Positions 54,180 through 64,000 of a stretch of 64,000 bases of DNA are shown here, in pieces (within the stretch, counting starts at the first letter, position 1; each line of letters begins with the position of its first letter). The notes beneath the pieces were generated by a model that saw only the letters and a program-made list of their open reading frames with translations, searched no databases and had not been told where the DNA came from. The stretch is from the NCBI RefSeq assembly GCF_009834535.1, contig NC_045697.1:96412001-96476000 (forward strand). The letters are read 5' to 3'. The stretch is from Camelus ferus. Lineage: Eukaryota. The position numbers and the translations under genes are program-made.

Positions 54180-57100
54180 TCCTGAAAGCACATAAAATTC
54201 AAGACCAAAGGAATAAATAAAACAAAGAGGAATAATTTATGATGCTAAAAACTACATTTCAAAGTGAAGAAATAACATTTGTTACTAACTATGAACCAAA
54301 TAACCCAGAAGCCCTCAATGTAAAATAGAATCTATTGAAAAGTAAGGCTTTAAAGGAGACTAGGCTAATTCAGACTATTAAAATTAAAATATTTCAAATT
54401 ACAACATAATGCAAAACCAACTCTATGCTCTATACGAGAAACAATTATTTAAAAAGTAATTTAAATGACTCTAAATTAAAATTTAGACAACACTAAGTAG
54501 GAAAATGGGCAGAAAATTTAGTCATTTGGTGAAACTGGGGGGAAACAGTTTCATACTTTGGTAATGTAAAACTGATACACCTAACAGAGTAGTTTTGGGC
54601 AATATTCTACAAAAATATGAATTTACCCTTCAAGCTACCAATCCTACTTCTAAGAAGATGTCCTAAATATACACCCTCAACAATATGAAAACATATATAT
54701 ACAAGTTAATTGTGCCATTGAGAATTACTTGTATATCCAAACATAAGAGATAGGTGAATAAACCGTGATACATAACTATATTAGAGCATTACACAACTTT
54801 AAAAAAAGAATGAGGGAGATACCAACAAAGTGAAACAGAACGATTTCTAGGAGATATTTTTATGTGCGAAAGCAGTTGCAAAATAGAATATGTAAGATGC
54901 TACATTTGATGTAGGAAAGAAGAAACAGTAGATAATAACCATATTTTTGCTTGTCTACATGAAAAGAACCCCAGAAAGAATAAAGCCACCAACAATAATG
55001 ACAAGAATAAGAGGTAGGATTGGGACAGTGGATGAGAGTGAGTGACACTTCTGTAAGTAATCTTTGTATAACGTTGACTTCTGAAAGCATGTGAATGCTA
55101 TTGATATTTTTTATATCACAGTAAGAGTGGGAAGGAGGAAAAAAATAAAAATGAAAACAAACAGGAGCAAATTAACCCAACTTTATTTCAAATGAATAAG
55201 ATGGCCAAATGGAAATAATTAATCAAAATATTTTATAAATACAATATATTTTTTTAGGAAATGAGTAAATGTTTTGATGTATTGAGAGCCAGGACATCAC
55301 TTTAGGAGATTTCAAATATTGGAAAGAGTAAAGGGAGAAAATGGTTGGCCAGGTTGAAGTTGGAGGCATTGATAGGGACTGATGATTTCTAAAATATGCA
55401 CAGGCGTGAGCATGCAAGTACATGAGTTAGGTTCCTTAGAGAAATAGCTAATTCTGGGGCTATTTCCAGGAAGTACAAAATGAGACTAGACCATCTTGCC
55501 ATGCCAGAAAGTAAGGAGTCACTAAAAAAATGAGTGCATGTCACAAGGACACAGGTACCACCTTGAACAGGCTTCCACTGGCCAAGTCTGGGACAATTTG
55601 ATCAACAAAATAATTAAGAGTGATGAATTATAAACTTTTGAAATAAGATGTAATTCATGAGACCATACCTATAACAAACATTGGCTAGATGGATGGATAG
55701 ATAGACAAATAGGAAGAAAAAGTAGGCTATTTCAGTAAAATGGCCAAATGTGGACCATTATTAATTTTGGAGGCAATGATGGAGATAGAAATGATCATGT
55801 TGTAATCATCATATTAAACACTGAAACAGCCAAAAATCTCCACTAAATGATTAATCTGGGGGTGGCACATGTTGGTGAGGATCTTAAAGTGTCTCACCAT
55901 GGATTAAATGTTGAAGATTGAAGTGAGTATCTAAATGTCTCAACATATATAGTGTATTAATTATGATGGGAAAAAAAGTATCAACCATAGAGTGGGAATG
56001 TTTACGAAACTTAGTACAACATCTGGGTAATTTTTTCAGTAATTCTGCTGGTCCAAAAGATATAGCAGACAGTTCTATCTATTAAATAGATTCAAATGAT
56101 TTAATAATTGCTATATACAAAATACTTAATTACCATTTGAAAAAATACACACATTGAAAGAAACAAGCATTTTCTTTCATTTCTAAATAACGCAATGGGA
56201 TGTGTGTGCCTTTTGGGCATTGAACAAACTGGGAATCAAATTGGACACTGATCATTTCCATTGCTTTTTCTGTGGTCTCATTTTCATCACAATGAACACT
56301 AGGTTTGCAATGTTATGGCATTTTTGAAAGAATATAGGATGATCCAATTTAACTGGGAGCTCACCTCAGGCTAATAGTTGGTGCGATTTCTGGCAGATGA
56401 CAAGTATTGGGTTTCCGTAGAAATTTAAAATCATCCTTGGTTACCCCATGTATTCACCATGGGACCCTAGACTGTACTGGAACATACTTTCAAACCTATG
56501 TCTATAATGAACATATCAGTTAATACTTTGACAGTGTGATTAAAAATTAACGTGATTAACGAGGGGCAGATGGACATTGTGTGGCCCCACATGTGATACC
56601 TATACTGAGAGAGGAAACATATAAAATATTCAGGCTAGGAGTATAAAACCTGAATCTGATAATAAGGAAGCATCAGACAAACTCAGTTTTGTTTTGAAAT
56701 GAAAGTTAAAACAACAGAGGAATGATAATTTTCAGTAATATCAATTCATAAAGTACAAAGAAAAGCTGACAACATTTTCCAGATCTCAGGAGGTCTGGAG
56801 AGAAAGGAGAGAAATGACAGCTCAGTATAATACTTGACCCTAGACTGGATTCTTTACTGTAGATAAAAACTTACTACACAGGACTCTACTGGGACAATCA
56901 GCAAACGAATAAGGAGAGCAATTTTGGCTAAAGTATTATATTAATATGATGTTACTGATGTTTATAACTGCACTGTGGTTATATAAAAGAATATCCTTAT
57001 TCTTCAAAAATACATACTGAAGTATTAAGGATAAAGGGCAATGAAATATACAAATTACCCTCAGATGGTTCAGAGGGAAAGAAAAAGAGAGCTAGCAAAG

Positions 57101-57180
57101 AATAAATCAAGTGAGGTAATATAAAAGTAAATTTGTTATTTATCTACTTTGTAAGTATTTTGCAACAAGTGTTTTTCTTG
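54180..57180 (+). mobile_element. Degraded L1MC/L1ME fragments with a probable nested hAT element (~56020-56510)
   Basis: Endonuclease-like remnant (aaagaggaataatttatgatgctaaaa) and L1MC 3'UTR motifs (ccactggccaagtctgggacaatttg; aaaatacatactgaagtattaagg). Confidence 0.65.
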
Positions 57181-58199
57181 AGAAATTCTATTGGAGGTAA
57201 AATATTTTCATGTTTCACTCTGTATTTATTCATCAACATATGATAGGAAAACCTTCCAGAAAACTGGGTGTGAGGTGGTTATTTTAAAGATGTCAGGAAA
57301 TTCCTCTTACTTTGGCTTTTGATTACAAAGATTTTCTTTTCAGATACTTCTTTTCTGTTACTAATTCCATAATCTCCCTTTAGATTTTGTCATAGTCAAA
57401 TCAGATTAATTATGCATTTATATTACTCATCCAATTTTTGAGCTAATTAGATTGTAAATAGCTTGATCTCTTTCATATTTTAATCTCTATTTTACAAACC
57501 TGTGCATATTTAATTAATGTAGAAACACTCACTGATAAAACTACAACCTTATACAGATTTTCAGATACATAAGCTACTGTTTTATGTCTTTTGAAATTAA
57601 CATAAATTGGAGGATTATAATGTTAAAACAGATGAATTTATTGCACTTATTTCACCTTCTAACACAATGTTAATGCTTCCATGATGAACACTATTTATGC
57701 AAATACCAAGTTTTTTGAGCTGATGTGTTTGAAAATATAGTGATGGACAGCTTCCAGTAATGAGAAATGATCATGAATATGCACTAATGATTCCATCTGT
57801 GTTTTAACTTGCTCTAGTTTTACAGAACCCAGGCATAGTATCTTACGTATTCATAAAATAATTAACAATTATTAAAATAATGAAAGAGGAAATATGCTTA
57901 TAGGCAGTGGGTGAGAATTGCTACCATGTTGATTAATTATCCTCACCTCAGTTAGCTTGAGAAAGAAAAACAAAAATCAAAGCCTGATCACCATAGTTGG
58001 TATTTTGTCAAAGTTAAGGGAGTGGGTAGGAGGTGAGCCTGCTGGCCCTGTAGGATGTGGAGTCACGGAATGGAATGGAATGTAAATAGATGGTCACCTC
58101 TATTTAAATTGTATGCACTCTACCAAAAAAAAAAAAAAAAAAGTCTGCACTGAGAATCATAGTGTCCTCCTTTTCTTAAAACCCCATACTCTCACCATC

Positions 58200-60380
58200 T
58201 TATCCATCATCTACTGCAATTTCATCTCAATAAAGTGGATTCAGTAACCTCATTGCCCTTCACCTAAACTTTATAATACTGCCTACTCTACCTGCTGGAA
58301 CTATGCTCCTAAACAGTATCAATATTTCCTTAAGAGTGTTTCATGCCCTAACTGCAGTTATGTCCCCTTCCTTGAGAATTACTTTACCTGTAGCGCTACC
58401 CAGTAGTTGACTATTCTCTCGCTCACCATGCACTTCAACTTTGTTTGCTGTGTTTAATATTTTGTTTGTTCCTTGTTATAAGGTCCAGATCTGTACTCAC
58501 TCATCTTGAAGACATTTGAGGCATGTGTCCTTATACTACACCACCCAACAGTCCCTATAACATGTCAGCATCTAACTTCAGTATTCTCTCCACCCTAGTT
58601 ATTGCCAATATTCTGGGTGACCCCAGGTTCCATAGAGATGACCTTTCCAACATTCACCCTCTCTGTTCTTTAATCTCTTTACCTCTAAAGATTTCCCCCT
58701 CCCCTTTCTCATCCATGTAATCCTACACCATAAGCCAGATCTTGTTCCCCCCAATAGTGCTCCTGCCACCCCCTTCACTGGTAGTCGTAGTGCTCTCTCT
58801 ACCAACCCTCTCAGCTCACTTGTGAATTGCTACTATCTGTATATTCTTTGATCTCATGTGAATCTCCACTTTTCCATATTTCCATGTCTCCATTCCTTGA
58901 CCTCATCTTGTTTCCCCTCCATATTCAGCCTTTGTTCCATGCTTCATTATTCTAATAATTCTCATGCCAATGCTCTAAACCTTATTCACATTTTTTATTC
59001 TCATTGCACCCAAGGAACAAATTCTAAAGTTTCTCAACTACCTGCTTTATAATAAAACCTTTCAACTGGCAATGAAGCATGTTGTCATATTATCTTTATA
59101 CATAGCCTCCAAAATTACCACATCAGTTCCTTCTTCACAAGGACATTTCTTTAGAGTGGTTGACCTTTGTTCTCTCTATGTTCTGACTTCTCTTTTTACC
59201 CCTTTACCCCATTCAGCTGTCTCCAATCATTCCATAAAAAGAACACTTGCTTTAGTTACTCAGGACCTTCTGGAGTTTAATTTAGAAACATTTTTAGGTT
59301 TCTTAATTGTCTGGTGAATTATTTCCTTTTCAAAACACTTTGCTTGCATTTTGCCACTCAAGCTGTATTGATCTTATTCTGCTCTATCTGGCTCTTGCTT
59401 CTTGATCTCTTTTTCTAGAGCATCACCTTTCTCTCTCTTTCTCTCCCAGTACTGCATTTCGTGAAGACCATTCATGTTAAAAGCTTCCATTTTACCTCTG
59501 TACCATCTATATGCTAATTACTTGCAAATTTATACTTAAACTTCTTCACTGAGCTTCAGACTCCTGTCTCTTAAGTGCCTACTTAATATTTAAAGAAACT
59601 GAAATTTTTCTTCGCACAAAGTAGAGTATTAAAGTATGTTAAACGAAGACCAAAGTTACCTCAAACTGAATATACTCCAAATAAACTCAGGTCTCTTCCT
59701 CATACCCTCCCTACCAAGGAAAGTAACTAGGTCTCCTCCAGTGATTATCTCAGTGACTGATACCACTATTCATCTTTATGATTATGACAAGTACTGAGAA
59801 GTCACACTTCCTTGCCCTCTCATATTATATCCTACTTATCACTAAGTCGTATCTGTTTTTCTCCAAAGTTCCACTAAAAACCACTTTCCTTTCCACTGCT
59901 AGTTTAAGTAGCTTCACACCCTCCCACATTCTTTCTATTGACTTATCTTCTAACTGATCTGTTTGTAACCCCTGTGTACCAGAGCTGAAAAAAATACTCC
60001 ACAACTTTATCCCAAAATTTTATGTTCCTTTTTTATATACTATTTCTTCTGTTTTGAAGACTTTTCTGTTGTTTTCTCTACTCTCTAAATCATTTTCCTA
60101 CTTAACTAACTTTCCTTCTATAGATATCTGCTCTATGATCTCTGCTCTGTATTACTTCAAGAACTCTTTCCTAACTAGCAAGACAATAATGAATTCCTAG
60201 GCTCTATGAGCTTATAACTTTATAAAATTTTTATTCATAGAACTTTCACAGTCTACTACAGTGCATCATATTTATGAGAGAATGGTCTGTATCTGTTATT
60301 TTCTGACTGTTTTACTCCCAGTGACTAACAGTTCCTGACACATAGTAGGGACTACTATGTAGTAACTACTGTTTCTAGAA
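58200..60380 (+). mobile_element. Long degraded LINE-2
   Basis: Pyrimidine-rich L2 sense strand; ILGDPRFHRDD resembles the APE endonuclease GDFN motif; 3' end acagttcctgacacatagtagg. Confidence 0.75.
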
Positions 60381-61734
60381 TCAGTCAATAAGGAGTCATA
60401 AATTATTTGCTATGGGGGGACTAAATACTTTATTATATGTAGTTTATATTATCCAGTAAAATGCAACACACAATTCAGCCCTGAATACCGATAAAATGTT
60501 CTATGTCATTCTTATATAAGGGACACACAGGGCATACTTATATAAAGGACAGAAGGGATAATAGGAAAAGTTTTCCATTATGTTTGACAAAACAATTAAA
60601 TATTTTCTTTAATGGAAACTTGTAGATACTGAAAATGTAATATTAATTCAACTGAGTAAAAGTATTTCTACAGAGAACTAAGATGCTTTTTGTTGTTGTT
60701 CTTACAAAACTTAAATTTAGTAACAGAAATTAGAACACCAGTTCCAAATGCTAAAATGTCAGTCATCTGAAGTAGAACAAATTAAATCTCCCAGGATTAG
60801 GAAAGGGATTTGTTTCAGGATCTTGGATATAGCTAAGCCTGTAAGAGATACTAACTTGTTCTAGGTCTATGGATTGGGAAATATCAAGAATAAATAACCA
60901 GATAATTAGTTACAGATTCTTTCAATGTCTTAAGTGAGGTTCATGAAAGTCTTAATTATGAATAATTCACAGTTAGATCCTTTGATGCATGTCTGAAATG
61001 CAAATGTTTTGGTTGTTTATTTAAAATAATCCATTTAGATACCAGATGTTCTGGTGACAGAGTAAATAATTCTGTTCTAAAATTTAGAAACTCACATCTA
61101 TTCCTACCTAGTTTGAAAGATAGCCTCAAGAGGGTAAGCCAGAGAGGTGTCTATGACCTAAGATGAATTATGATATTTATAAAGGGCTTAGAAGTATGCC
61201 TGACACATAGCAGCTGATGTATAATGGTAATTATAGTTATACTTGCAACCAAAAAATTATTCCTGTAGGAAATGTACATTTGTTTATTTATTATATCCCC
61301 ATTAAAAATCTGGAATTTAGGCTTATAAGTATACATCTGGACACATCTGTATACTCCGAACAGATTTATTTTGAAATTGAAAAATGTTCATTGAATAATT
61401 ATACAGTATTCTACAACTTGTGCTGATAAAAGGATTAACCTTTTATTATTACTCAAAACATAAATAATTAAATCTATGAATGAAGTCTGACAGTTATTTA
61501 CATATAAGAAGCTAAACTTCTGAAAAATACATTCATTACTTCAGGGCTTGAATTATCTTAAAGAATTTAATTCGAGCAAATGTTTTAAGCTTCTCTTATA
61601 TTCACTATGTAATAGGAATAGTTGAGGAATGGAAAAAAATGATCCAGTTGGATCTTTATTCTCAAGAAAATTTAGTCTATTTAGAAGAGAAAGTCACTTA
61701 TACAGCAATGATAATCAGAAGTGCCACAAATATT

Positions 61735-62115
61735 GGTACTTGGAGGTGGGAAAGAAACAGAATTCAGCTGAATAAATGTAAAGATCTAATTGGCTTTATT
61801 CAATGATTCATTAATTAAGCAGCATCCCATCTAGCAGAAAGAAAGGAGCTCCAAGGAGCTGTACAAATGGAAGGCTTTTATAGGCAGAAGAGGGTGGGGA
61901 AAGGGAGTTTCTCACAAGGAACGTCTTGTTTCAGGCGGGGTACACATGGGGTCTACCAATGAATTATTTCACTAGTGATGACCAGATAATTCCAAATTGA
62001 CTAGTTAAAGGTCGCATTCCTGGGATAGCCTGAAACTGCAGTTAAATTAGGTTCTGACTTGCTGACATGGGGCTTAGTACAAAGTGACTCTGTGGGGGCC
62101 TACTGTTTGTTAACA
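61735..62115 (-). mobile_element. Solo ERV1-class LTR within an L2 fragment
   Basis: aaagatctaattggctttattcaatgattca; ggctttttatagg; ends gttaaca. Confidence 0.7.
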
Positions 62116-64000
62116 AAGGAAACACTTCTGTACAAAATAAATGAGACAGATTTTTGTGTATAGTATTTAAACAGTGTCTCTTAAGGATGTTCTTTGTGGG
62201 ATTTTGCTGTTTTCCTTTTGCTTTAGGGACCATTAAGCAATTTATTGATTGTTCAGGTTATTGAGGGAGCTCATGGTATCTCTGCAATGATCAACTGATA
62301 CTTAGATTAGCCAAGCTAGTTTTCAAGGGATGCTTAGGATCTCTCATCTCTGCATCTCCTAATTGCCTATCATTGTTCCCTATGTAGGCATCCTTTTGTA
62401 ATGAGGTAAGGATACTTCGTATGATCACTGGATTAGTAAACATTTACTGAAAAATTAATTTATTTATAACTTTGTTTAAGCATTAGTAAATGTCATGTCT
62501 ACATTTAAAAAACTTAAAGCATGACATATAATAGTTAAATCCTTTCAGAACATACACCATGGAAAGCAAATTATGCACATCTTTAGTAAAAATTTAACTT
62601 TTTTCCTGTGTAATGTAGTCAGATTTTCCTTCTTTTCTGAGTATCCTGTATTCTCACATATTTGTGATGGGCATATGTCTAGACGAGAAAGAAAATGAGG
62701 TAGGTGCCCTTAGAACATGCTGGATTCAGGGAGGAGAACCAAAGAGCTATCCTTTTTTTGACATAGGTTTTGTGAGTAACGCACAGTGGGAGACACAACA
62801 TGGTGCAGCTGAAGTTGTTTATTCAGTGTTTCATCTGATGATACTGTTGGTCTCTGACCCTATCCTCGACAAATGTTAACATTTAGCTAGTATGCCGGTG
62901 GTGTTAGAAATATATTTTTCTGTCGAATTCTCATTTATTCTTCACATCCAGATCTAAGGTGTGGGAACAGATGTATAGAAAAAAAAAAAAAAAAGGTGAG
63001 GTCTTCATTCCCTGCACAGAGGAGACCATTATTCCCTTGAAAGAAAAAAAAAAAAAATCAAGTTACATTTAGTAATGGTTTTAACATTTTTAAATATTAT
63101 GTTTTACTTTTCTCAAGAACTTGACAGTATTGTTTTACTATAAATACACCCCATGACTTAGTCACTTTCTGGAAAGAAGTTCTTTCATTCAAAGCCACAT
63201 CCAAATACAGGCTCTTCAAAGTAAAAGTAATGGGAAAGTCTCATTCTTCTTGGTCATGCCCCTTGGTGTTATTCCCTAAATGGAATTTGAAACAGCTGTC
63301 AAGAAATCTAGTTAGCTAGAGGAAAGAATGTGAATAAAAAGCTAAATCATAATGTAATGAATAAAAGGGTTTCACCAGGCTTGTGGTCATCTGTGGCAAC
63401 AGATAAATTATATTTAAATATTATCAACAGTATTTCACGAGTACCTGCCTCTAACAGTTGCTGTAAATGAGCCTAAATGGCTTTATGTGCATGCAGAAAT
63501 GAACAAAGCCTCACCTGTTTCACTGGGGAGAAGGAACAAAGGCACTCAATTAGACTGTTCATGTTGCCAGCACCAGCAGCTTCAAGGTGTCCAGTCTGGC
63601 CTTATCTTAAAAGGCTGTTGGACTCCAGCAGTGCAGCATTTCAAGACAAATGGTCTCACCTGGGTTTCTTGAAATGGCACCTTTCTAAGCTGTACAAATA
63701 TGGAGGTGAAGGGGCTGATAGCTAACAATCTAATTATCTGGTATTCTAGAAACCTGTTAGGTGTAACCTTTTATATTGCTCAATTTCTATTGTAAACTCA
63801 CCGTGAGAGATGAGATGTATGTTAGAATTACTCAGACCCTAGATTTTAGTGAAGGTGCATGGAAAACTGATAAATTTAATTTCTGTATCACGCGCTAGCC
63901 ACTTCCATTTCACATGAATGACTTATCCTTAACATATTCTTATTTTAAAAAGTAAACATCTTTCAGTAGCTCAGGAAACTGAAATTATTGAATGTTTTCC

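Noticed and set aside
1..64000. CRISPR arrays, operons, rRNA or other prokaryotic systems
   Set aside because: Mammalian repeat landscape; no regularly spaced repeats, rRNA motifs or long ORFs seen

Overview
AT-rich mammalian genomic DNA, probably camelid (judged from a Vic-1-type tRNA-derived SINE at ~46.2 kb and a young camelid-type L1 3' end at ~7.7 kb). Much of the window is interspersed repeat: L1, L2, MIR, an ERVL provirus with two MLT2 LTRs, several solo ERV1 LTRs, MaLR LTRs, and hAT and Tigger DNA transposons. I see no intact protein-coding gene. The main result is a decayed multi-exon gene on the minus strand at ~14.4-27.5 kb. It has 9 core exon remnants plus 3 tentative ones, bounded by AG/GT sites, with mostly compatible splice phases. 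Their joined translation follows, in order, the motifs of the TopoVIB-like family, the SPO11 partner in meiotic double-strand break formation: GHKL fold with a G1-box, transducer WKxY motif, and C-terminal helices. By eye it resembles plant MTOPVIB more than vertebrate TOP6BL, which suggests an unprocessed pseudogene of a second, ancient TOPOVIB-like paralog. The family assignment rests on manual comparison with reference sequences recalled from memory and needs an HMM or structure search.
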